Positions 1-11,690 of a DNA stretch of 64,000 bases are shown here, piece by piece. Source of the stretch: Octopus vulgaris (taxonomy: Eukaryota); NCBI GenBank assembly GCA_951406725.2, contig OX597833.1, positions 33,356,001 to 33,420,000 of the forward strand. Reading direction: 5' to 3'. The translations under genes were made by a program, and so were the position numbers. Below the pieces are notes generated by a model. That model was not told the origin of the DNA. It did no database searches and worked only from the letters and a program-made list of their open reading frames with translations. Each line of letters starts with the position of its first letter. Position 1 is the first letter of the stretch.

Positions 1-111
1 CCACTAAGAAGTCAGCCAGCTGACCAAATAAACTAACTCCACTTGCATAGTCCTGTTCAGAATTTTCAGATGTTTTGTTTTTGCCTAAATTTATGCCAAG
101 AATTCCTGGTT
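1..111 (-). CDS. DHODH: Dihydroorotate dehydrogenase (quinone, mitochondrial) exon 5, truncated by window edge
   Basis: Acceptor tttacag at 112-118. Translates (K)[36 protein letters not shown], the class-2 DHODH LGxNLGKNK...ADxLV segment. Phase 1 matches the end of exon 4. Confidence 0.93.
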
Positions 112-344
112 CTGTAAAGACAAAAGAGCCATCACCAAATATGATTTAAAATGCTCATAAAATAGAAATTGAAAAAAAAAATGCGAAGAATAAAAATGAA
201 GTTTTAAATATACAAAAGCTATTTCAATCTTGAGATGAGTTACAATTAAAGCTTGAGATTTCTAGATTAACCTAATCTTTTTGTGTATTTCTTTACATTT
301 ATTTATATTTTATTGCATTTTGAAGACAACAGCAGGATTTATTA

Positions 345-600
345 TTGGTTTCCATGGTTTACTTGATCGTGCCAGTGGCACGTAAAAAGCATCATCCGAC
401 CGTGGCCATTTGCTAGCCCAGCCTAGCATGTAAAAAGCACCCACTACACTGATGGAGTGGTTAGCGTTAGGAAGGGCATCCAGCTGTAGAAACATTGCCA
501 GATCAGACTGGGCCTGCTGCAGCCTTCTGGCTTCCCAGACCCCAGTTGAACCGTCCAACCCATGCTAGCATGAAAAGCAGATGCTAAATGATGATGATGA
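345..600 (+). mobile_element. RTE-LINE 3' tail fragment ending in (GAT)n
   Basis: Matches the 3' end of the RTE copy at 30758-33131 (ggttagcgttaggaagggcatccagc...catgctagcatg...atgatgatga). Confidence 0.8.
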
Positions 601-1056
601 AGGTAATAAGGATACATCTGTGCATAGCAAACACGAGATGGTACTTCTGATTGAAAGCATTGGTTTACCTAGCTGGTATGTACATCTTTTGTAGAAAAGT
701 AAATATCATCATCATTGTTGCTGTTTAACATCCATTTTCCGTCAAACATGTGTTGGACAGCTTGACAGGAGCTGGCCAATCATAGGGCTGTCCAGGCTCC
801 AATTGGCTGTTTTGGCATAGCTTTTATGGCTGGATGCCCTTCCTAATACTGACCACTTTACAGGGTGTGTTGGGTGCTTTGTACATAGTATATCTATAGA
901 TGCCCACATGTGGCACTAGCACAGGTGCATTTTATGTGGCAAAAACCTCTCAACTGGGAGAGAGAGTGAATGGATGTTAAACAACAGTAGGGGCAACAAC
1001 CTTAACACACTTGAATTTTTGAATGACGACAGGTTGGATGTGAGAACAGGTGAAAC

Positions 1057-2518
1057 ATGTCTAACACACAAACACGAAAACCTTTTTTCAGAGTTGGCAC
1101 TGTCAATGTAGGCACACTGAAAGGTAGGCCAAGTGAGATTGCAGAGGTGCTTGAATGGAGACATGTTGATGTATGCTGCATACAAGAGGTAAGATGGAGA
1201 GGAGCTTCAGCCAGGGTCCTCACAGGCAGGCACATAGGTATAAAATCTTCTGGCAAGGTAACAGGGATGATGTAGGGGGTGTAGGCATACTCCTTGTGGA
1301 GAAATGGGTGGGTAAGGTCATAGAGATTGTCAGAGTATGCCAGTCTGCTTAAACACAGGCTAGTCCTGCAGAATAGAATAGCTACATTAATCTCTGCCTA
1401 TGCCCCACAAGCAGGCCTACCAAATGATCAGGAGGACCAGTTTTATGATACCCTCTTACAGGCTACCTCAAAGACAAGTGGCAATGACCTATCTTTGCAG
1501 CTGGAGATTTTAATGGGCATGTTGGACAGCAATCCAGTATCTTCAATGGTGTACACAGGGGCCATGGAATTGGTTCCAAAACAAAGAGGGAACTAGGCTA
1601 CTGGAGTTCTGTGATGCATGTAACCTATTAATCTGCAACACTAACTTCAGGAAGTCAGACAGCCAGCAGATAACCTATCAATCAGGTGACTCTCCAGACA
1701 GCGGGACGCAGGGTTGCTCCTAAATACAAAGACCCCCCTAGATGAAGAATGTACCCACCAGCATAGATTAGTCATTAGTGACCTTAGACTCGAGGCCAGA
1801 AGGATGCCCAGAAACAGACCAATCCAGTAAAGAAGGATTTTGAAGCCTAAGAACCTTTCACATGGTCAGAGATTTAGGGACATCCTCATCGAGAAATTTG
1901 ATGAGAGGAAGGAGGAGCTACAGACTTCGGACACAAAGGGAAGCTGGAAATTCCTACAGGACAGCTTACTGAACACCCAGACCAAATCTGCAGCTCGTGC
2001 AAAGTCCCTTTCAGACCTAGAGTAACGTGGTGGTGGAATAATACGGTAGACAAAACCATTAGAGCAAAGAAATGCCTGGAAAGCCTGGAAGAGTAGGGGC
2101 AGCAGGGAACTGTACCAGATAGCCAGAAGGGAGGCTGGGTGACAGGTATACATAGCCAAGGGAGAAGCAGAAAAGAAGAAGCTTGCCAATGTTTAGCAAT
2201 GTGAGGACCTGAAGTATTTTGGATTGCAAGACAGTGTGTGAGAGATAATTGTGATGTCACAGGAAAGAAATGCATCCGCATGGATGATGGTGCACTTGCT
2301 TTTAATGATTCTGAAAAGTAAGTGGGTTGGAAAGCCATTATGAAAAGCTGCTGAATGTGGAGAATGAATGGGAGGAGAGCCTGTCAAATGTTGACCCAGT
2401 AGAGAGACCAGCTATCCGAATAGACAGCAGCCTAGTAGATAAAGCAATTGATGTGAAGTCAGGACAAGCCCCCGGCCCATCAGGAATCACTGCAGAGATG
2501 CTTAAGATATCTGGTGGT
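1057..2518 (+). mobile_element. Decayed RTE-clade LINE (APE endonuclease to start of RT)
   Basis: Frameshifted pieces RVGTVNVGTLKGR...VDVCCIQEVRWRG, LISAYAPQAG...FYDTL and KSGQAPGPSGITAEMLK. Homologous to 30758+ and 35500-38590. Confidence 0.88.
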
Positions 2519-2869
2519 CACTCTTTGCTAACTCTCAGCATGTAGACATCTCTGTTGTGCAAGGGTCGTATAGCTCAAACAAGCCATCTGTCTACTCCCA
2601 ATTTCCTTAGTGCCCACCAGATTACCAAGCAAGGAACTCTGTCAAAGGTTTTCTCTCTGTTGATGAATTCTCAGTACTGCAACTATCTCACGAGGAAGAT
2701 AGTATTAGTAGTACTTCTGCATGGCACAAAACAGAACTAAATCTCATCTAGGCTCTTTACCTAATCAACAGAGCTATAATTTTCCGGTCTAACAATTTGA
2801 TACCCCAGTAATTACCCCTCACTAAAGTATCACTTTTGCCCTTGTAACAATTGACTATAATGCTGCTCA

Positions 2870-3590
2870 CCAGTCATTGGGCATAACGCCTTCCTGTACA
2901 ACTATAAAGATGATTAGTCTGTTCCTTACTCTACTAGATATTTTAAGCATTTCAGTGGTAATTCTTGGTGGACCAGAAGCTTTCTTTGCTTTCATAACCT
3001 TAATTGCTTCATTTGCCACACTACTGTCAACTGGAATGGCTGGACCTTCTATTCAGATCCATATTGGAAAGACCCTCGTTCTTCCATCAGAGCCTTTCAT
3101 AGTAGCCCTTCCACGTCACTTTCTTGATAGTATACTAAGTGCAAGGGTACTATTATCCATTTATACATATTTCTCACCAACATCACAATTGTCTCTCGTA
3201 CACTACTCTGCAATCTAGAATACCTTGTGCTTCTCATTCTCAAGTCACAGAACAATGGCAAATCCCAATTTCAGCTTTTTCTCTTGCTAAGTAAGTGTGT
3301 CCCCTAACTTCACTCCTAACTCCCTGGTATAATGCTGTGCTACTCCCATTCTTCTGGTCTTTCCAAGCTCATCTCTTTGTTCTTGTGGTTCTATCTACCT
3401 CACTGTTCTACTACCATGTCACCTTCAGCCTGGCTGGAACTTTGCACCAGCCACAGACTTGTCTTTAGTCCACAGGAACTTCCAGTTGTCTGTTAAGCTG
3501 TGAGTTTTTATCTCCTCTTCTCTGATATCAAAGGTTTTAACAAGTACCTCTCTAGATTTCTGACTGTTTGCTGGCTCATTAATCTTCTCT
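2870..3590 (-). mobile_element. Decayed RTE-LINE fragment, opposite orientation
   Basis: Reverse complement resembles the pre-RT region (EGPAIPVDSS...KASGPPRITTEMLKIS). Confidence 0.7.
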
Positions 3591-4734
3591 CTCTTCTTTT
3601 TCTTAATTGATTTCTCACAATCAGAAATGCTAAAAACCAGTGATTAACTTGTTGAAAACCTGTAATAATCAATGGTGCCATTGTTCATCAACTACAATTT
3701 CAAATTAAAAAAAAAAGATGAAATAAAAAAGAAAAAAACCTGAATGAAACTAATATGTAGGGGTAAACCTGAGAAGCAAATTAATGAGAATTTATTCATT
3801 AACAAATTATACTTGAAGATACCTTTGTGTTGGGATGTGAAAGAATTGAATTTATCAGCCCAAAAGTTTAGGTTCAACATGTTTCTGGAATCATCTATTA
3901 GTGAGTTAACTGAAAGAGGAAGAAAATACATCAGAAGGCAGAGGTAGAGTAGGATTGCTATTGTTCAGAGACATAATTAAATTGGTAACTTTCTTCTACT
4001 AGTTTCTTTTATGATATATTGAAAATATTAATTTGAGATAGAAAACAAGGAAGCCTGATGAGAAAAATGAAAAGAGCAACCTTCCACTGCAAAGGCTTGT
4101 TTAGGAATCCCAGTGAACCACTACCCAGTTTGTATTTTCAAATCAAAAGGAAGTGAACCTATACAAATAGACTAAGATCAAGCCATGGTAGTATAGTGGC
4201 TAACTTGCTTTGATGGGAAAACACACAATCCCTATAAGCATGGTAATCATTACATGACACAGACATCACATGTTGCACTGTCTGGCCACTTTGATCATAG
4301 GGAAATACAGAAGAAACAATCTAAGAAGTTGGCAGGGCACACAACAACAGGATTTGATTAGGTGTCAAAAAACACCATGCAAAACAACAACGACTGAATG
4401 TGTTACAGACGGCTTGTTATTTCTTCTTTCTAAACTCAAAGCAACAAATGTTCATTTTTTTTGGTTTTGTTTGTCCTTTATTCCAGCTATTTCAGCTGTT
4501 CCATACAATTGAAATAGTATTTCATTTGCTTAACAGATAACCTCATACCTCACTACAATAAACATTTCATTTAATGCCTAGCACTAGAATGAGCCTTATG
4601 AACATAAGCAAATTACGATAAGCATGAAGTGCCTGATGATTTATCAAGTGGGACACTTGTGGCAATAAAAATAGTACTGTTAAACTAGCAGAAAAAAGTA
4701 TCCCTATTTATATAATACCTAATTATATGTTTAT

Positions 4735-4952
4735 CATCATCATCATTTTAACATTCATTTTTTCTATGTTCCCAGGAGTTGGATGAAATTTATTAATGCA
4801 GATTTTCTATGGCAGGATCCTTCCTGCTACCAACCCTCACCAATTTCTGAATAAGGTAATATTTATCCATACTAGCAGACACTTGTCCAAGTGGGACTGA
4901 ACTCAGAACTATGTGTTTGAGAAGTAAACTTCTTACTACACAGCCACACCAG
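4735..4952 (-). mobile_element. tRNA-derived SINE with RTE-like (GAT)n tail
   Basis: Head resembles 25579+ (tggctgtgtagtaagaagtttact...gagttcagtcccact). The tail resembles the RTE 3' end. Confidence 0.65.
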
Positions 4953-5265
4953 CGCTTAATATAATTATATCCCATCAGCTGTTGTTCATCAACTACTGGA
5001 TGAAAACTTCAGCATGCTGTTGACAACTTGCCTAGGCTAGTTACAGGCTTACATGTCCACACTGGCCAATTACAGATTGACAGGGTTCTTTTTGATATGA
5101 TAATTAACTCTGGTCATCAGCACTTAGGTGGAATTAGAACAGATACCATCAATTTACCACTCTGGACAGATACTTCAACCATTTAAAGCAGTCATATCCA
5201 GCCCAAATATTCTTTCTGATTTATTTTCAAAAAAGCCAGATCCAACCTCTTACACCTACCTTACA

Positions 5266-5436
5266 ATACAGTTCTATATTTAAGGAATATCTGAGGAATT
5301 ATGTACATTATTTACAAGTGACAGATATTTGTCCTCATCTTGTTTGTTGTTAACACGCTTCGGCTGATATACTCTCCAGCCTTCATCAGGTGTCTTGGGG
5401 AAATTTCGAACCTGGGTTCTCATTCCTAAGGTATTT
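5266..5436 (-). mobile_element. Penelope-type pseudo-LTR-like short repeat carrying a hammerhead-like motif
   Basis: Same sequence recurs at 28356-28422 and, inverted, at 29242-29360 beside a Penelope ORF fragment. Contains CTGATGA-stem-GAA. Confidence 0.65.
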
Positions 5437-5465
5437 TTCAATATTGTTGTTGTTGTTGTTGTTGC

Positions 5466-5500
<35 letters not shown>

Positions 5501-5917
5501 TCACTGTCTGGAATTGAACTCAGAATCTTGGGGTTAGAAGCCACACTCTTAACCACTACACCATATGACTTCAGCTAGATTTGAACTCAGATCACAGACA
5601 GTCAGAACAAATACTGCAAGACATTCTATTTGGCACAAACAATTGTGAGTTCACCAGCTATATAATCATATTGTACTTATTTATATAGTAGCTAATAAAA
5701 TTATATACTACATATTCATATAGTACCTCACTTAAGAAGTGGGTACAGCAGGTACTCTGTTATGTAATCAACAACACAATCAGTGTTATTGATTACAGGT
5801 GGGTATGATGGAAGTGGAGGAAAAAAGAAGAAGGAAATTGATGTTTTAGCAGAAAAAAAAAGAAAACAAAAAGTTAAACAAATTATTGTATCATTAAAAA
5901 GAGGTTTAAACTCTCAC

Positions 5918-5991
5918 TTTTAACAGTCTTCTCATTCCGCTCCATCAAACGGTTGTACACCACTTCATGCCCATCACTGTTGAAACCATAC
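5918..5991 (-). CDS. DHODH: DHODH exon 4 (74 nt)
   Basis: ttactttag|G TAT GGT TTC AAC AGT GAT GGG...AAA A|gtgaga. Translates (R)YGFNSDGHEVVYNRLMERNEKTVK, completing the conserved INRYGFNS motif across a phase-2 junction. Confidence 0.95.
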
Positions 5992-6439
5992 CTAAAGTAA
6001 TAATAACTAGGTGATTTTAGTGATAAATGATGATGATGTTTTCTTTACTAACCACAAAGAGTTGACAAAAATATTGGAGATAGTACAGGAAGATACAGCT
6101 GGTGGGGGAGGTTACATGAAAGAGCATGTAAAGAAGTATAAGAGTATTCGGATAGAGTGCCTAAGAGAGAAGACTGTGTTGTGATGGCCATGTGATGGAT
6201 GACAATTAGATAAAGGGCTTAACACTCAAAACAGAAAGAAGCTGCGAAAAACGAAAGATAAAGGAAGGCATAGGTATAATAGTGGTGGTCAATCTCAAGA
6301 AAATAAACCTCACATAGGAGATAACAATATACAACAATTCATGCAACACTAAAAGAAAGAAAAAACCACTGAAGCCATGCAGATATGAAAAAATGAGCAT
6401 AAATATTACGATGATGAGTAATGATAGTAAGAGCAAGGA

Positions 6440-8050
6440 TTTCTAACTTTGGCACAAGGCAATGAATTCACAGAGAAAAACAGTCAGTTATATCAACACC
6501 TCTCATTACATGAATGGTACATGACTTGGACTCAAAATACATTTTGTCCACCACAATAACAATTCAGCCAGCTTACTGCCTTAATATTAATAATAAAAAT
6601 CGAAACTAAATATTGTAAGTCATTTTGCCCAGCATGCTATGTTTCTACTAACTGGTTTCATAAATTAGACACAAACCTGGAAGTAGAGAATAGCTGAGAA
6701 TATATTGACATCCTCTATTTGACTAGCACTTAATTTTATCAATGCAAAATTAAACTGAGTTATGTCAAGGGACGTAACACATTAAGTCTAATTCTGCAAT
6801 TTAACGCCCTTGTAATAATAATGATTTCAAATTTTGACACAAGACCAGCAACTTCAGGAGAAGGATAAGTCGATTGTATCGACTCCAGTGTTCAGCTGGT
6901 ATTATTTTATTGACCCCAAAAGGACGAAAGGCGAAGTCGACATTGACGGAATTTGAACTCAGAAAGTAAAGATGGGTGAAATGCCGCTAAGCAATTTGCC
7001 TGGCATGCTAATGATTCTTCTAGATAGTAACGGCAATGATTTTCACCTTTAGTTCTAAGTCAAACATTTGTAGGTGAAGTTGACTCTATTGAATATCCTC
7101 CAATAAATAACTGGTACCTACTTTAACAACTCCAAACAAACGACAAAGAAAATCGGTTCTGGTAGGATTTGATCTCAGAATATAAAAGGATATTACTCTA
7201 AACACAAGTATATTAACATAGCAATTTATCATTTCTGCCACAACCCTCACCTGGTATTGATTTAGGCACAAGGCCAGCAATTTTGGTAGAAGAAAGTCGA
7301 TTATACCAACCCCCTTTACTCGACTGGTACTTTATTCCATCAACTCTAAAAGGATGAAAACTAAAGCTGACTATAGCATGATTTGAACTCAGAATGTATT
7401 GCTGAAAGAAGAACAAGACGTTTTCCCAAACTAACAATTCCACAGCATGCCATCTCAATAATCTTTTCTACTCTAGGCACAAGGCCTGAAATTTTTTTGG
7501 GGAAAGGCAAAGACGACCTCAGTGGAATCTGAACTCAGAACGTAAAGATAAACGAAATACCGCTAAGCATTTCGCTTGGCATGCTAACGTTTCTGTCAGT
7601 TCGCCGCCTTGTGCTATCCCAATAATGATAACTGTAATAGTTTTGAGGGGAGGGAGAAATCAATTACATTGATCCCATTGCTCAACTGGTATTTATTTTA
7701 TTAACTCTGAAAGAATGAAAGGTAAAGTCGACCTTGGCAGTATATGAACTCAGATTGTAAAGAGTCAGAAGAAATACATTTTGTTCAGCACAATAACAAT
7801 TCAGCCAGCTTACTGCCTTAATATTGATAATGATTTCTAATTTAGCTACAAGGCCAGCAAGTGTGAGAGTCAATACCATCAATTCCAATACTTGGCTAGT
7901 ACTCTATTGACCCCACCAAAAGAGGAAAGGCAAAGTTAAGTTCACCAGAATTTGATCACAGAATGTAAAGTGCCAGAAAAAAAAATACAGGGCAAAATTC
8001 TACCCTCCACCACCTAATAATAATTCCTAACATAGGAACAAGGCCAGAAA
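6440..8050 (-). repeat. Cluster of co-oriented degenerate SINE copies
   Basis: Recurrent segments ggcacaaggccagcaa...ctggtacttattttat...aaaggatgaaaggcaaagtcgac...gaatttgaactcaga...ccgctaagca. The same family occurs at 55105-55520. Confidence 0.75.
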
Positions 8051-8571
8051 TTCGCCGGGGAATATATTCAATGAACAGGACTGCACTAAGTTGCAGCTAG
8101 GTATCAGGATGATATTGATCACTACTTAGGAATAACACTGTAAAACTAAGTTACAAATAAAAACTATCCTACCTAAGGAGATATTTGTTTTATCTGTTCA
8201 TCATCATGGAAACCAGTGACAAATGCAGCCCAGTAGACTCTGGCCATCCTTAAAATAAAACCAACAATTGTAATTATTGCTGTGTTATTCCATGACTAGG
8301 CATTGTCACATAACAGACACCCATGCCATTAGCACATAAAAAGCACCATTTGAACGTTGGATCTCATGGAGGTGGTAAGTGACTGAGACCTTTGGCGATA
8401 TGCAATGCTTGAGAAGACTTGTCAAGCCAAGTAAAATCATAGTTGAGGCCAATGCCAGTGTCATGTGAAAAGCACCCATTACACTCTTGAAATGGTTGGC
8501 ATTAGGAAGAGCATTCAATCATAGAAACCATGCCAAATCAGACTAGAACCTGGTGCAGCTCTCCAGCTTAC

Positions 8572-8769
8572 CAGTTCAATCACAGCACAATCTTCATCTA
8601 ATCGAAACACCCTTGGCTTTGGATTGCCAGGCTGAGGTTTTGGGGTGATGCTGCCAACTTCTACAAAACCAAAACCAATCTTCAAACTTCCGTTAACAGC
8701 TTCATGTTTATCAAATCTAACTGCCACACCCACAGGACTGTGGAACTCAAGATCCCATACCCTAGTATT
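8572..8769 (-). pseudogene. Degenerate duplicate of DHODH exon 3 (pseudo-exon)
   Basis: By hand count, 14 substitutions and a 3-nt deletion versus 11388-11587. AAGFDKHGE has become AVRFDKHE. The acceptor ttttag is retained, and the 3' end is replaced by LINE-tail sequence providing CTG|gtaagc. Confidence 0.9.
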
Positions 8770-8872
8770 CTAAAATTATATAAAATAAGTGTGATGTGAA
8801 TATTTAAATAATCTTCCTTTTTATAGTTTCAATTTACAGATTAATAAAACAAATCTCTACATGTTTACAGTA

Positions 8873-9857
8873 TCTCTCTATATATAAACGGCAGTTTGTC
8901 TGTCTGTGTGTCTGTCAGGTTGTACCCTCACCCTGACCACGGTTTTCAACCGATTCTGATGAAACTTGACACACACATAGCCCAATGTCATAATTCAAAA
9001 CTAACGCAGTGAAAATTTTGAAAAGTTCCCCCAGTTCTGAAAAAAAATCGATAAATTCGACATGGGTCAAGAATCAAAGCTTTTTATATGCAACACATTT
9101 TCAACAGGCTGTCTAGGGGACGCAACTCGACCTTTTTAACTCTCCGATCATGTGGGATCATCATCATCATCATCATCATTTAACGTCCGCTTTCCATGCT
9201 AGCATGGGTTGGACGGTTCAACTGGGGTCTGGGGAGCCCGAAGGCTGCACCAGGCCAGTCAGATCTGGCAGTGTTTCTACAGCTGGATGCCCTTCCTAAC
9301 GCCAACCACTCCGAGAGTGTAGTGGGTGATTTTATGTGCCAAAGTATCCCAAAATGTATAAAAATGTACAAAAACGGCAAAAAAGCGGGCAGCATTGTGA
9401 GTGACAACAACGAAAAAGTCAAAAGTGACCAAACTGAACAAACGAATGGAAAAGGTTTTTTGATGCACACGACAAAAGCGGTTTATAATAAACCAAGAGT
9501 TTGCAAGTAGCGTCTGAGGACCCTTAGGGTATGTCAAAAATTTAAGGTAAAACGTTTGGGGTAGTAGTTATAAAGAAAGTGTAAACAAAAAAGTATTCGA
9601 ATAACTTGCGGCTGCAGCAGCTATTAGCAGAAGTGGCGGGTAAAGTTGGGGGTAAAGTCTCGAATGTAATTTCTTCCTGGTAGGAATTGGTTGGGTTGAA
9701 TTATCGATAGCTGTTTGAAAGTTATTTGGGAGTGAAGAGAAGACATTGCAACCTACACATGCGCCATCGTTCCCTAGAGGGAAAGGACTAGATTGGGATT
9801 AGTCATTGCCTACTAGGGGCTCTTACATACCCGGGCAACGCCGGGCTATGCTGCTAG
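8873..9857 (+). mobile_element. Non-autonomous Helitron (with nested RTE tail at about 9158-9340, minus)
   Basis: 5' TC, 3' CTAG, subterminal hairpin cccgg-gcaacg-ccggg (9830-9845), inserted between A and T with no TSD. The empty site cagta|tctgctataaa is visible in the paralogous block at about 11685-11700. Confidence 0.9.
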
Positions 9858-11387
9858 TCTGCTATAAATAGCAGTCAAATCTCTCTCAAATCACACCCTA
9901 CCCTTCTGTCAAAATAAAAGAAAGCCACACTTGATAATCTAGTTCTAGATGTACTCACTAAAAAATAAGATGAGATTGTCATAACTTGAATACCTTTAAA
10001 TACAGATTTGCTAGATTATGATTGATCTCAGTCTAAATAACAACAAAAACATGCTTTATAATTTTGAAAATTCAAATATGTCAAGAAGATATGTGGCATG
10101 CAAGAAGTTGATATAATCCATAGATCCATAACACTGTATAACACGAATTTTGTCCTTGGGCACCAACTGTTATTTCCTATATGCTTACTCCAAGAAAGTA
10201 TGAAAAAATGGCCAATATTTCCTTCAAACTTTGCTTTTGTTACATTTATTCAAACCCCAAAGAATCCCTCAACACATAACTATGATGCTTTCCCACTGTT
10301 CCTGCTCATGATCAGAGATACTCATATGAGCCATTAAGGGACATGCTCAAGTAGTTATGGTCAAGCAACTGACAAGCAAATCTGTGGTATTGAGCAGAAT
10401 ATAAGCTTTAATGATTTTTCTGCTTAAGCAACTCATCACTGAATCAGTCTGAAATGTAATGGAAAAAGAATCAGTTTCAAAATATTGATGGCCAGGTCAC
10501 AAAAGCAAAGTTTGAAGGGAATAGTAGTCATTTTCTTTGATTTCTAGAAGCACATAGGAAATAACACTTCCTGACTAAAGACACAAAAAAATGAAAATTT
10601 TGTTACACAGTGTTATTCCAGATATACCAGATTTCCACTTTGCTGAGGTACATACAGTACCTCAGCATGCAGTGGACAGTAGTACAGAGGTGAAGTGTAA
10701 CAGCATGGATATCTTTTTAAAAACAATCAATGCTGAACGTTTAGCTTCAAGTCAGTCCTGAATCAACCAACCTTATAATCAAAGATATTTCAGTTATGGC
10801 TTTCAAATGTTCTTGTATACATATGATGAGATTATTTAGTGTGTCCTTCCATGTTTAAGATGGTAGAGAGTGATTTTATGGAGATTTTAACTGCTACATC
10901 TAGAAGGTCAAATGACCAATTCATGGCTTTCTTACTGGCCCCAGCAATTGAAGTCGATGATAGCAACTAAGCAAGTTAAAACACAGATAGAAAGTCTTGT
11001 ATTATTTGTTCCCATCTTACTTCATCCTGAGTTCAAATCAACACTGTCCTTCATCCCTTCAGGGTCATTAAATATAATACCAGTCCAATGCAGCAATTCA
11101 GCAGAATTGTTAGAGCACTGGACAAGATTCTTTGCAGTTTCTTTTCCAAGTCTGTATTCTGACAGCAATGCCTGCACCCAGTAGTATTGCTAAGCTGTAT
11201 CAGACCTTTCCTTTCCCTCTGGATAATACTGGTAGCATGGCAATTTACATGTATGGGCAACTTTTGATATTCCATGAAAAACCTTATACAAGTTAGCACC
11301 TCAGAGAGGAATTTTCCAGATGGAAAGCCAGAAGATATATGGAAGCCTCACATAGCAAATGTAGATTTCACAAAATTAACAACTTAC

Positions 11388-11587
11388 CTATTAATCACAG
11401 CACAATCTTCATCTAATCGAAACACCCTCGGCTTTGGATTGCCAGGCTGAGGTTTTGGGGTAATACTGCCAACTTCTACAAAACCAAAACCAATCTTCAA
11501 AAGTCCGTCAACAGCTTCTCCATGTTTATCAAAGCCAGCTGCCACACCCACAGGATTGCGAAATTCAAGATCCCATACCTTAGTATT
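11388..11587 (-). CDS. DHODH: DHODH exon 3 (200 nt)
   Basis: ttttag|AAT ACT AAG...ATT AAT AG|gtaagt. Translates [66 protein letters not shown](R), the DHODH signature region. Confidence 0.97.
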
Positions 11588-11690
11588 CTAAAATTATATA
11601 AAATAAGTGTGAAGTGAATATTTAAATAATCTTCATTTTGTAGTTTCAATTTACAGATTAATAAAACAAATCTTTACATGCTTACAGTAT

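Noticed and set aside
6440-8050. CRISPR-like regularly spaced repeats
   Set aside because: The context is eukaryotic, the units are long diverged SINE copies with irregular spacing, and there are no cas genes.
8515-8733. 72-aa ORF resembling DHODH as a second gene or mutually exclusive coding exon
   Set aside because: The AAGFDK motif is broken, there is no ATG start, the exit phase is incompatible with exon 4, and the C-terminus is LINE tail. Treated as a pseudo-exon.
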